Made by a program: the position numbers and the translations under genes
Notes under the pieces: model-generated
Seen by the model: only the letters and a program-made list of their open reading frames with translations
What the model was told of the DNA's origin: nothing
The model's database searches: none
Source: a phage
Reading direction: 5' to 3' (one strand)
Assembly (NCBI GenBank): GCA_018027755.1
Contig: GCA_018027755.1_4098.1
DNA length: 64,000 nucleotides
Part shown: piece after piece, positions 36,987 to 45,368 of the stretch
Layout of the letters: every line of letters begins with the position of its first letter
Numbering within the stretch: the first letter of the stretch is position 1

Positions 36987-37059
36987 TTAATCATTTACCC
37001 TATACAATGCCAGTACTAAACCGTTTATCTCGTTAGAATGCGTTACAGGACGTTTAACA

Positions 37060-37257
37060 ATGATTAGCATGAAATCAGTACAAAAACAAATAGAAACATT
37101 ATCAAAAATTAAACGTAAACAGTACTCCTTAGAATATACAATCAATGGTAACTATCATCTAATGAAAGAAAATAATTTTATAGTCATTGATGAATCATTG
37201 CAAATCATTAGTATAGTACTGAAAGCATTAATCAATGACAGAAAAAAATTAAAATAA
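37060..37257 (+). CDS. hypothetical protein (65 aa)
   Basis: ORF track; AT-rich, weak RBS. Confidence 0.4.
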   Translation: MISMKSVQKQIETLSKIKRKQYSLEYTINGNYHLMKENNFIVIDESLQIISIVLKALINDRKKLK

Positions 37258-37317
37258 TCTATTGACAATATCATCCAGTACTGGCATAATACTTACATCA
37301 AGACGAGAACGTCACTA

Positions 37318-37342
37318 ACCCATAGGGTGCACAAATGTAACT
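37318..37342 (+). repeat. motif-1 copy (diverged)
   Basis: AACCCATAGGGTGCACAAATGTAAC. Confidence 0.4.
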
Positions 37343-37586
37343 ATATAATATCGTTCAATAAATGATCAAAAAAGTACTGGATCAATTTAACATAAGGAGT
37401 ATAATTCTGATCAATTCTTGATCAAAGGCAATATACGCAGTTGAATTTATATAGACAATACAAAGGCGTTACTATCCGTGGTAATGCTGGTGGATATGTA
37501 GTATCATATGGTTTGAATAAGATTAGCACTAGTAGTATTATTGTAGCATTACAGTACTATAGTATTTTTATAATGAGGTTAAAATA

Positions 37587-37844
37587 ATGGCAGTAGGATA
37601 CGCGAAAGACGGGGCCGAACAAGACGAGATTCACGCAGTGATTCAGGCCGCCGTTAACCACGCTAGAAAGCAAATTAACGCACAAAGAGAATCACTGGTA
37701 CATTGCCTCGACTGCGGCGATAAAATCCCTGAGAATCGACGCCAGGCCGTTATAGGGTGCATGTATTGTATTACTTGCCAGGAGGATCATGATAGTACTT
37801 TTAAAAGAGATCCGCGTAATTGTTGGCATAGATCTATGAGATAA
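37587..37844 (+). CDS. TraR/DksA-family C4 zinc-finger protein
   Basis: INAQRESLVHCLDCGDKIPENRR....CMYCITCQ matches TraR-type CxxC-N17-CxxC pattern. Confidence 0.65.
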   Translation: MAVGYAKDGAEQDEIHAVIQAAVNHARKQINAQRESLVHCLDCGDKIPENRRQAVIGCMYCITCQEDHDSTFKRDPRNCWHRSMR

Positions 37845-37907
37845 AAAGTATTGACAGTACTGAAAGATAGTGTATAATGTTTTATATCTTAACTGAGGAT
37901 AGTAATC

Positions 37908-38264
37908 ATGGGAATACAACATATCACGCGTACTACTGACAATGGAGAGATCACTGGTTATCAGGTACAGGGCAAAGTAGCACAATTGCAGTACTGGTTT
38001 GTTAAACGTGGAATCATTGCACCGGATCTTGATTATGACCGTGTAGCGTTTATTGATTCTCTTTATGTTGATCCTGATAGTCGGGGCAATGGTGAAGGTA
38101 ACGAATTAATGAATGCCTTTATTGATGCCGCCGGTGATTCAGATTGTATCATCTTAGAATGCGATACGGGAGAAGATAACGCCTTTAATCTTAAAGAATG
38201 GTACGAAGGTTTCGGATTCGAGGTATTGATAGATAGTGAATATCCTATCATGATTTTATCATAG
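37908..38264 (+). CDS. GNAT-family N-acetyltransferase-like protein
   Basis: IDSLYVDPDSRGNGEGNELM resembles GNAT acetyl-CoA motif (V-x-P-x-x-R-G-x-G); promoter upstream. Confidence 0.45.
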   Translation: MGIQHITRTTDNGEITGYQVQGKVAQLQYWFVKRGIIAPDLDYDRVAFIDSLYVDPDSRGNGEGNELMNAFIDAAGDSDCIILECDTGEDNAFNLKEWYEGFGFEVLIDSEYPIMILS

Positions 38265-38336
38265 TACTTGCATTTAGTTTTCAGTACTGTTATAGTACTT
38301 ACATCAAGGGGAAACGTCTTCCCCTACTAAGAGGAA

Positions 38337-38531
38337 ATGAAAATGGAAAACTTATCAAGTATTTTAGTACAAGATGATTTTGGCAATCCTGGTAGTGCTA
38401 TCATTGTTCGGGGTAATAAAGCAACGTTTGTTATTGCTGGTGGGCCAGTACAGCGTAGCATTAAAAATAATGCTGTTACCATTAATAATGTACGCTATCG
38501 CTTAGATAAAGAATTGATTCATAAACTTTAA
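38337..38531 (+). CDS. hypothetical protein (64 aa)
   Basis: ORF track; leader hairpin + AGAGGAAA RBS. Confidence 0.6.
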   Translation: MKMENLSSILVQDDFGNPGSAIIVRGNKATFVIAGGPVQRSIKNNAVTINNVRYRLDKELIHKL

Positions 38532-38615
38532 AAAGTATTTGACAATAGATTATAGTGCTGTATAATAAGTTACATGAAGGGGTGAAATGATTCTCCCCAC
38601 TAAGAGGAAAGAAAA

Positions 38616-38828
38616 ATGCAAGGTCAACTAATCGTTCGTAAATGGTCTGATACTAACGAAAAACCGTGGGATGTACAATACATCGGACCGGATGGGGTAT
38701 CACGTTATCAGCCTGGCGTAACGCATAGTACTGAGCAATTCGCAAACGCTCACCGCGAACGCCTGTTAGAATCCATGAAACAGGGATTCTGTGAAAAATT
38801 CATTCAAGATCATTGGCTGAAAGATTAA
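38616..38828 (+). CDS. hypothetical protein (70 aa)
   Basis: ORF track; leader hairpin + AGAGGAAA RBS. Confidence 0.6.
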   Translation: MQGQLIVRKWSDTNEKPWDVQYIGPDGVSRYQPGVTHSTEQFANAHRERLLESMKQGFCEKFIQDHWLKD

Positions 38829-38845
38829 TATAAGGAGTACAGCTT

Positions 38846-38938
38846 ATGCAAATGAATCCGATGATTATTGTTTTAGCTGTACTTATGATCATTCATGCAA
38901 TAGTAGAAGTATTAACGCAATCAGGAGTAATAAAATGA
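38846..38938 (+). CDS. hydrophobic micro-protein (30 aa)
   Basis: AAGGAG RBS; MQMNPMIIVLAVLMIIHAIVEVL.. Confidence 0.35.
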   Translation: MQMNPMIIVLAVLMIIHAIVEVLTQSGVIK

Positions 38939-39108
38939 TTCAAGTAGAATTATCAGTACTGAAAGATCTGTTTTATCGGTTAGGTACTACTGGCGAGTAT
39001 CCTAAAAGTGATACCGCAAAACTTTTTGTATCACTCGACTTATGGCAACGCGAACAATTAGTAATGTCCTGGCGTAAAGGTAAAGCAGATAGCGAGGTGA
39101 AAGCATGA
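38935..39108 (+). CDS. hypothetical small protein (57 aa)
   Basis: ATGA overlap with upstream micro-ORF. Confidence 0.4.
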   Translation: MIQVELSVLKDLFYRLGTTGEYPKSDTAKLFVSLDLWQREQLVMSWRKGKADSEVKA

Positions 39109-39254
39109 AAGAATTCTTATTCGAAGTAGTGTTTCAAGGTGTCGGTAGTAACCAACTGATTCGCTCAAGTGGTTACAATGTTAACCAGGCATGGAATAAC
39201 ATTAAACAAATGTACCCGAACGCTATCACCTATCGCAACCCGAAACAAGTTTAA
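39105..39254 (+). CDS. hypothetical small protein (49 aa)
   Basis: ATGA overlap; followed by composite terminator/promoter element. Confidence 0.4.
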   Translation: MKEFLFEVVFQGVGSNQLIRSSGYNVNQAWNNIKQMYPNAITYRNPKQV

Positions 39255-39261
39255 AAATAAT

Positions 39262-39303
39262 TGAAAAAGGGATTGACACCGGTCAGTCCCTTTGCTATTA
39301 TAT
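39262..39303 (+). promoter_or_regulatory. composite element: A-run + hairpin overlapping TTGACA-N17-TATTAT promoter
   Basis: AGGGATTGAC-ACCG-GTCAGTCCCT; -35 39273-39278, -10 39296-39301. Confidence 0.5.
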
Positions 39304-39320
39304 ACGCATAGAAACAAATC

Positions 39321-39345
39321 AGCCCACAGGGTGCATAAATGTATC
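39321..39345 (+). repeat. motif-1 copy
   Basis: AGCCCACAGGGTGCATAAATGTATC, followed by a GCTGGTGG octamer. Confidence 0.5.
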
Positions 39346-39429
39346 TATTGTTTGCTGGTGGCTAGTACTGAAAACTATTTTTAAAAAAGTACTTGCATTG
39401 TACTTAGAATCAAGTATAATGTTTTACAT

Positions 39430-39508
39430 CAGGACGGGGAACGAAACAAGTAACCCCGTTAAGTAGTCCAGGAGTAAGACATACGAAAAACTCCCCTGAT
39501 AAAATAGT
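39430..39508 (+). ncRNA. candidate about 80-nt leader/small RNA element, copy 2
   Basis: Near-identical to 28802..28881, again between tandem promoters. Confidence 0.35.
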
Positions 39509-39569
39509 TTGACAATAGAAATTAAACGAGTATAATACTTACATCAACCACTGATAAGGAAACATAAAA

Positions 39570-39845
39570 ATGCGGATTCTACTGACAGCTAACGAAATCG
39601 AACAAGTACTGACTACTAACCTGGAAGACTGGAAACGTGAAGCAGATATCCAGGCGGTTCAATGGCTTAACGATAAGTTAACGCCGGATGACTTAAGCAA
39701 GATTGTAGATCCTCAATTCTACGAAGATATTCACGACACCGCGTTAAGCGTCGAGGATGTACTTGATAAGCACTACATTGATACTGATTTACATGTTTAC
39801 GGTCGTAAAAACTTTATCACTATTCACGACATTTACAATACTTAA
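39570..39845 (+). CDS. hypothetical protein (91 aa)
   Basis: ORF track; AAGGAAAC RBS. Confidence 0.6.
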   Translation: MRILLTANEIEQVLTTNLEDWKREADIQAVQWLNDKLTPDDLSKIVDPQFYEDIHDTALSVEDVLDKHYIDTDLHVYGRKNFITIHDIYNT

Positions 39846-39932
39846 GTATTGACAAAGTATCTTAGTACTGTATAATAGTTTACATCAAGGCGGGGAAATG
39901 GTTCCCCTCCTAACTAAAAGAGAGAAATTAAA

Positions 39933-40115
39933 ATGGCTAAGTGCACTATCTGTAAGAAAGAAATCGTATTAGTTCCAAGTGCCCGTGAACGTGCCGCTCG
40001 GTTCGGTGGCAAAGCGTCAGACTATACAAAAATGTTTACTGCCCATGCAGATTGCCAGGTAGCAAAACGTTCACAAGAAAGCGTAGAATTAATGCGTAAA
40101 CTTTCCAAAAAATAA
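39933..40115 (+). CDS. small Cys-containing protein (60 aa)
   Basis: ORF track; MAKCTICKK...HADC; promoter + leader hairpin. Confidence 0.55.
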   Translation: MAKCTICKKEIVLVPSARERAARFGGKASDYTKMFTAHADCQVAKRSQESVELMRKLSKK

Positions 40116-40201
40116 GTATTGACAAAGTATCTTAGTACTGTATAATAGTTTACATCAAGTGAGGGGAAACGGTTCCCCTCCTAACAGAGAGAGAAATAAA
40201 A

Positions 40202-40525
40202 ATGGCTATGATCCTTACCCAGAAAGTGGAATTGAAAATTGTAACCTCCTTTGACATTAAAGTTAATCGCTGGACTGATCGGAACGGCAATACTTACCAC
40301 TCTTGCTACGTGTCTGCATTGATTGGTGATCGTTGGGAAGACCTGGGACACGAAACTTTTACATACGGTTACGGTACGCAAGGCGAATACACGGGCTTGG
40401 AGATCATTAAAGAAACCGTTATAGGTTTCAACCCGAAAGAAAAAGTTATTCACCGCATCGAAAAAGAGATTAACAAAGAAATAACAGTTCGCTACTACGA
40501 TGTAAAACGTAAGAAAGACATGTAA
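40202..40525 (+). CDS. hypothetical protein (107 aa), paralog of 33677..34021
   Basis: ORF track; C-terminal DVKRKKDM. Confidence 0.65.
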   Translation: MAMILTQKVELKIVTSFDIKVNRWTDRNGNTYHSCYVSALIGDRWEDLGHETFTYGYGTQGEYTGLEIIKETVIGFNPKEKVIHRIEKEINKEITVRYYDVKRKKDM

Positions 40526-40611
40526 TAGAATCCATTTAAAGTACTATTTGACATTACACAGATAGTACTTTATAATAGACTCTAACTTGTAGTACTAACT
40601 CAACTAATAGG

Positions 40612-41016
40612 ATGTATACCATGATTACTAAATTCTACGCTACCCGTGAAGCTGCCCGTATTGTTGCACGCGAGGAAGGAGCAGCATTTAAAGACATGGG
40701 AACGACAGCACCGAAAGGTCAACGCTGGGCCGTACAGTTCAAAGAAATCTCTGATATTGTGAATTCACCTGAGCCAGTACTGACAGCAGCAGAACTAAAA
40801 CGAGCGGATATGCTGGCGGCAATACTTGACGCTCAAGATGAATTTATCGCTGATTCTGATATCAAAGTACAGGTAAACCACACCGCATGGACTCACGCGG
40901 ATCACCTGGCAAACCTTAAGCGTCCAAGTGAACTGATTCGCAACCAGAAAGAGATCCGACACGACCGTAAGGGTAATCGTGTAACAGTATACAGTAAACG
41001 CCGCCAGGTTATCTAA
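40612..41016 (+). CDS. hypothetical protein (134 aa), paralog of 27927..28193
   Basis: ORF track; shared N- and C-terminal blocks with extra central insert. Confidence 0.6.
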   Translation: MYTMITKFYATREAARIVAREEGAAFKDMGTTAPKGQRWAVQFKEISDIVNSPEPVLTAAELKRADMLAAILDAQDEFIADSDIKVQVNHTAWTHADHLANLKRPSELIRNQKEIRHDRKGNRVTVYSKRRQVI

Positions 41017-41038
41017 TAACTTGCAGTACTAACAACAC

Positions 41039-41064
41039 GGCGGGATCAGTTCCCGCCTTTTTTA
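41039..41064 (+). terminator. intrinsic terminator
   Basis: GGCGGGA-TCAGT-TCCCGCC hairpin followed by TTTTTTA. Confidence 0.65.
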
Positions 41065-41077
41065 TAGGACAAACAAA

Positions 41078-41332
41078 ATGATTAAGGTTCAACTATATAA
41101 AGATAACATCTTACGGGTACACTATAAAGCACCGAAGAGAATCATCACAAAGGCCGTACAGCTTGCTAATGAGTTTATTAATGGTAACCTATTACCAAGG
41201 AAGTTAAGCAACGGGAAACTGCGTGTAATCGACGTGGACACTAACAACAGGATAGTAATCGAGAACACAGGAAAAATAAACCTTTATGAACACCAACAAT
41301 ATAATAAGAAAATAAAACTAATATCACGTTGA
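41078..41332 (+). CDS. hypothetical protein (84 aa)
   Basis: ORF track. Confidence 0.55.
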   Translation: MIKVQLYKDNILRVHYKAPKRIITKAVQLANEFINGNLLPRKLSNGKLRVIDVDTNNRIVIENTGKINLYEHQQYNKKIKLISR

Positions 41333-41385
41333 CAGTACTCAAATGTTTTAGTACTATGTACACATACCAACACGGGAGAAACAAA

Positions 41386-41604
41386 ATGAAATTATCTAAA
41401 ATCGAAAAAACAACTATTGATGTAGCAGTTAAGCACGGTTATACCTTTCGTAATGATTCACATTTTACCAATTTTCAACAAGGACAGAGAACTATTAAAA
41501 AACTAATTGACAAAGGCTTATTAGTTAAAGTAGATAACGGTAACGGTGTGGAGTATCAACCAACACAGGACGCATTTTATTTTAAGAAATATAATATTAT
41601 CTAA
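41386..41604 (+). CDS. hypothetical protein (72 aa)
   Basis: Track ORF trimmed to ATG 41386; TTGACA-N17-TACTAT promoter at about 41334. Confidence 0.55.
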   Translation: MKLSKIEKTTIDVAVKHGYTFRNDSHFTNFQQGQRTIKKLIDKGLLVKVDNGNGVEYQPTQDAFYFKKYNII

Positions 41605-41662
41605 TTGACAGTACTCAAATGTTTTAGTACTATATGTACATACCAACACGGGGAAAAACAAA

Positions 41663-41905
41663 ATGATTACTTTAGAAAAACGTATCAAAGAAACTACATC
41701 GCTGGTGGAATTGTTAACAGTACTCAAATGTAAAACAACACCATTCAGCACGCCGGACTTTATTAATATGGTTGATGTTAATGGTCGCTATCGTATCACG
41801 GTCGAACAAGGAGCGGCGAAAGTATTCAGTACTAAAAACACTAAGGAAGTGATCCACGCCGTTAATGTTAAAAAAGTAGTTGCCATTGATAGTAAAGTAC
41901 TGTAA
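41663..41905 (+). CDS. hypothetical protein (80 aa)
   Basis: ORF track; upstream region duplicates that of 41386 gene. Confidence 0.55.
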   Translation: MITLEKRIKETTSLVELLTVLKCKTTPFSTPDFINMVDVNGRYRITVEQGAAKVFSTKNTKEVIHAVNVKKVVAIDSKVL

Positions 41906-41936
41906 GATAGTTTCATTAACTCAAGGAGTAAATGCA

Positions 41937-42521
41937 ATGCGTAATTATACTAAATTCATCCGTACACTGTCAGAAATGGAAACCAACAAAGAGATCCTTT
42001 CAGCTTGTCGGTTAGCTGGCCTGGAGATCATCGGTGCTGGTTCTTCCCGTATAGTATTCGCTTTAAATGATCGGTTAGTGATTAAGGTCGCGAATTGTGA
42101 TGCGGGTGTCGAACAAAATGAAACTGAATGTAAGGTATGGAATTTTTTAGACTATGACCGCCCTCAGTTGAAACAGTACTTTGCAAAGGTGCATATGCAT
42201 TTATGCGATCCTGATAATATGTTTATCGTTATGGATCGGTTGAGTACTGCAAGCAAAGGCAGTGTGAAGCACGTTAACGCGTGCAATGAATTAAAGTACA
42301 ATATTAAACGTAATGCAATCGAACGCCAGCACCGCTTTGCTGATGCACTACAACACGTTGATGATACATTATCAACACTAACGATAAGAGATATCAGAAA
42401 ACAGAATATCGGCCAGGATCGTAATGGCCTTATTAAAGTACTTGATTACGGTTTAACCCGCAATATCTGGAATCAGTACTATAAAAAGCGTGATGTGGCA
42501 GCAAGTAAGGTAACACGATAA
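41937..42521 (+). CDS. protein-kinase-like protein (194 aa)
   Basis: Track ORF trimmed to ATG 41937 after AAGGAG; IIGAGSSRIVF (Gly loop), VIKV, IRDIRKQN, KVLDYG resemble kinase motifs. Confidence 0.45.
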   Translation: MRNYTKFIRTLSEMETNKEILSACRLAGLEIIGAGSSRIVFALNDRLVIKVANCDAGVEQNETECKVWNFLDYDRPQLKQYFAKVHMHLCDPDNMFIVMDRLSTASKGSVKHVNACNELKYNIKRNAIERQHRFADALQHVDDTLSTLTIRDIRKQNIGQDRNGLIKVLDYGLTRNIWNQYYKKRDVAASKVTR

Positions 42522-42528
42522 AAAAGAT

Positions 42529-42570
42529 TAAAAAAGGGATTGACTCCGGTCAGTCCCTTTGCTATTATAT
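42529..42570 (+). promoter_or_regulatory. composite element: A-run + hairpin overlapping TTGACT-N17-TATTAT promoter
   Basis: -35 42540-42545, -10 42563-42568. Confidence 0.5.
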
Positions 42571-42592
42571 ATCCATTGAGAGATAACTCACT

Positions 42593-42617
42593 GACCCATA
42601 GGGTGCGGAAGTGTATC
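42593..42617 (+). repeat. motif-1 copy
   Basis: GACCCATAGGGTGCGGAAGTGTATC. Confidence 0.5.
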
Positions 42618-42742
42618 TATTATATAAGTATTCAGTACTGAAAACTATTTTTAAAAAAGTACTTGCATTGTACTTAGAATCAAGTATAATGTTTTATATC
42701 GAGAGGGGGAAATGGTTCTCCCTGGCAATAAGGAATAAAATC

Positions 42743-42964
42743 ATGACTACAATGACTTGCATTTACGCTTCCAATCGTCTGAATGATGCGGCCTTTAATG
42801 TTGATTCAGAATATCAATGTTATCGGGATGAAAATAAAAAAGTTTTTGTAGTTGATAATAATGGTTTCCATATTGAATTACAATCCGGCTTCACTGGTGT
42901 TGATGGTAAATCAGTATGGGGCGTACAGGATGATAAAGGTACATATCATTTTAAACGTAATTAA
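42743..42964 (+). CDS. hypothetical protein (73 aa)
   Basis: Track ORF 42611..42964 trimmed to ATG after promoter, leader hairpin and AAGGAA RBS. Confidence 0.55.
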   Translation: MTTMTCIYASNRLNDAAFNVDSEYQCYRDENKKVFVVDNNGFHIELQSGFTGVDGKSVWGVQDDKGTYHFKRN

Positions 42965-43048
42965 GTATTTGACAAAGTATCTTAGTACTGTATAATAGTT
43001 TACATCAAGGGGAGAATAGTTCTCCCCGATACTAAAAGGAATAAAATC

Positions 43049-43456
43049 ATGACTACTACCAATCAAGCTCGGAACATCACCAACGATAAAAATCATGCTG
43101 CAATGGTCGCTGGTTACATTGAAGCTATGCAATTCAGTACTGTACACAATGAGAACGGCGAATACCTGGAAGATTATGAATTATCAGAGCAAGCCCATCA
43201 AGCGGCAGTGATTGCATGTTCACGTTTCCTTGCTGTACATGGTGAAGATATGGAAACAGTACAAAAACACCATAATCCTGATTATACTTATAGTCATGCA
43301 GGTCATGATCTCTTTCTTACTCGCGAAGGTCACGGCACTGGTTTTTGGGATCGTGATATCGGTCACTATGATGATATATTCACTAAGTACTGCGAAGAAA
43401 TCAACGTTTGCGATCCCTATGTAGGCGATGATAATCTAATCTATATGGGCGAATAA
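43049..43456 (+). CDS. hypothetical protein (135 aa), His-rich
   Basis: ORF track; leader hairpin + AAGGAA RBS. Confidence 0.6.
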   Translation: MTTTNQARNITNDKNHAAMVAGYIEAMQFSTVHNENGEYLEDYELSEQAHQAAVIACSRFLAVHGEDMETVQKHHNPDYTYSHAGHDLFLTREGHGTGFWDRDIGHYDDIFTKYCEEINVCDPYVGDDNLIYMGE

Positions 43457-43544
43457 AAGTATTTGACAAAGTATATCAGTACTGTATAATAGTTTACATC
43501 AAGGGGAGAATAGTTCTCCCCCACCAATAAAAGGAAACAAAATT

Positions 43545-43817
43545 ATGTCCAGCTACTCCGCTACTATGATCATTAAAGATATGAACGGTAATCCTACTTC
43601 TGCTGGTGGATCATTTGGAAACATTAATTTAGATGGGCGGTTATCCATGCAATCAGCCATCGATACAGCGAAAGAAGTTTTTAAGAATGAATGTACTGTA
43701 AGCAAGCTGGATTATATGGGATTCGCTATCGAGAAAACTAATCGTTTTGTGAACTACAAAAATCCACTGATGATTGATACTAACCTGAAAGCTAACGAAG
43801 TGGAATACTTATTATGA
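43545..43817 (+). CDS. hypothetical protein (90 aa)
   Basis: ORF track. Confidence 0.6.
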   Translation: MSSYSATMIIKDMNGNPTSAGGSFGNINLDGRLSMQSAIDTAKEVFKNECTVSKLDYMGFAIEKTNRFVNYKNPLMIDTNLKANEVEYLL

Positions 43818-44005
43818 CAGTTGAAGAAGTTAAAAAAGTACTGGCAGTACTACGCTATCATAATCATTGCAAGGTGAAGAATGATCCTGATTATCTCGAT
43901 TCATCCCTGGAAGAGGATACACTACAAGCAATAAGCCATATGCAAAAAATGCTTAAGCGTATGACCGAAAAGAATAGACCGGACTATATCGGAAATAAAA
44001 TTTAA
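43814..44005 (+). CDS. hypothetical protein (63 aa)
   Basis: ORF track; ATGA overlap. Confidence 0.55.
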   Translation: MTVEEVKKVLAVLRYHNHCKVKNDPDYLDSSLEEDTLQAISHMQKMLKRMTEKNRPDYIGNKI

Positions 44006-44091
44006 AAAGTACTTGCATTGTAGTTAGATTAACGTATAATGTTTTATATCGAGAGGGGAAATGGTTTCCCCTCAAGTCCAGGAGATACACC

Positions 44092-44355
44092 ATGAACACT
44101 ATCGAAATCACTATCAATGCACACGTATACGACAACGTAGTACTGCAAACTACTATGACCGCTAATGATACCAGTACTTTGCGGAATACTGTTATTAGTG
44201 CCGTATGTGCTGCAATCGGTGATGTTGCCCTGGAAAATGCAGAACATATCAACAACGGTTTCACTATGTGCAAACGTGATAACGCAAAACATATCATCGT
44301 GGAAGGTTACGGCGGTGTAGAATTTAATGTTTATATGAAAAAAGTATTTGCATAA
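44092..44355 (+). CDS. hypothetical protein (87 aa)
   Basis: ORF track. Confidence 0.6.
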   Translation: MNTIEITINAHVYDNVVLQTTMTANDTSTLRNTVISAVCAAIGDVALENAEHINNGFTMCKRDNAKHIIVEGYGGVEFNVYMKKVFA

Positions 44356-44422
44356 TAACTAAAACAAAGTATAATGTTTTGCATAGGGGGAGATATCCTC
44401 CCCCACTAAAAGGAGTAATAAA

Positions 44423-44647
44423 ATGGCTAACTTTGATGAACTGATGCGGGAAGTAGCTACCCTGGCAGAAGAGAAGAAATCATTCGATTCTATCTATAAC
44501 ACCTCTTACCGTGATTCAGTACTGGCATGTACTCAGGATCAAAAAGATGAACTAATCGCCACATATCATGAAGCATGGAAGTACTACCGCCAATGGGAGA
44601 AAGAAGAAAGCGAGTCTACCATCAACGGCATCAATAATCTAATCTAA
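44423..44647 (+). CDS. hypothetical protein (74 aa)
   Basis: ORF track. Confidence 0.6.
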   Translation: MANFDELMREVATLAEEKKSFDSIYNTSYRDSVLACTQDQKDELIATYHEAWKYYRQWEKEESESTINGINNLI

Positions 44648-44723
44648 AAGTTTTATTTCAGTACTATTGACATAGCTTGATAGTACTGATGTAATAACTT
44701 TACTAACTACAAGGGGAAACATA

Positions 44724-44981
44724 ATGGAACAGTTCACACAATATCGGGTAAATCCTCAAGCTATGGCCTACGTAGAAGACCATAAAACGTTACCAGTACT
44801 GCAACCAGTTAAAGGCCATATCTATCGTGCAATGTCGTGGAGTACGGCCCAGGATGGCTATAAAACCGTAGCTGTCGGTATGTACTGCGGTAATGGTGAA
44901 TGGTTTGATCCAAATAATCCGGTCGCCGTTGACAGTACTGAAAAAATGAAATGGGCCGACTACATCGAAGATATTTCATAA
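44724..44981 (+). CDS. hypothetical protein (85 aa)
   Basis: ORF track. Confidence 0.6.
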   Translation: MEQFTQYRVNPQAMAYVEDHKTLPVLQPVKGHIYRAMSWSTAQDGYKTVAVGMYCGNGEWFDPNNPVAVDSTEKMKWADYIEDIS

Positions 44982-45071
44982 AAACTATTTGACAGTACTA
45001 ACCAGTAATGTATAATGTTTTACATAGAGCGGGGGAATAGTTCTCCCGCCAATAGTTTGGAGTAAAACATT

Positions 45072-45272
45072 ATGTCTATCGCTATCGCCCTGGTTGAAGT
45101 ACTGAAAGAAGCTAAAGCCAACCTTATCGATGTACAGATTAAGGAATTGCAAAACGGCTTAATCGGCTGCACTTGTACCGCTGGCGGTGCGGCAGACTAT
45201 CGAGAACACGAATCACTCGAATCACTGGTTCGGTATCTTACCATGATCGTTGATGATTGGAGAATCATCTAA
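45072..45272 (+). CDS. hypothetical protein (66 aa)
   Basis: ORF track. Confidence 0.55.
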   Translation: MSIAIALVEVLKEAKANLIDVQIKELQNGLIGCTCTAGGAADYREHESLESLVRYLTMIVDDWRII

Positions 45273-45285
45273 CAAAAAAAGAATA

Positions 45286-45327
45286 AAAAAAGGGATTGAC
45301 TCCGGTCAGTCCCTTTGCTATTATATA
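45286..45327 (+). promoter_or_regulatory. composite element: A-run + hairpin overlapping TTGACT-N17-TATTAT promoter
   Basis: -35 45297-45302, -10 45320-45325. Confidence 0.5.
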
Positions 45328-45343
45328 CGCATAGACAAAAACT

Positions 45344-45368
45344 AGCCCACAGGGTGCATAAGTGTATC
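45344..45368 (+). repeat. motif-1 copy
   Basis: AGCCCACAGGGTGCATAAGTGTATC, followed by a GCTGGTGG octamer. Confidence 0.5.

Noticed and set aside
42611-42964. Long form of track ORF 42611..42964 beginning MYLLYKYSVLK
   Set aside because: Its 5' part runs through the promoter and leader hairpin; the start at 42743 follows the canonical cassette.
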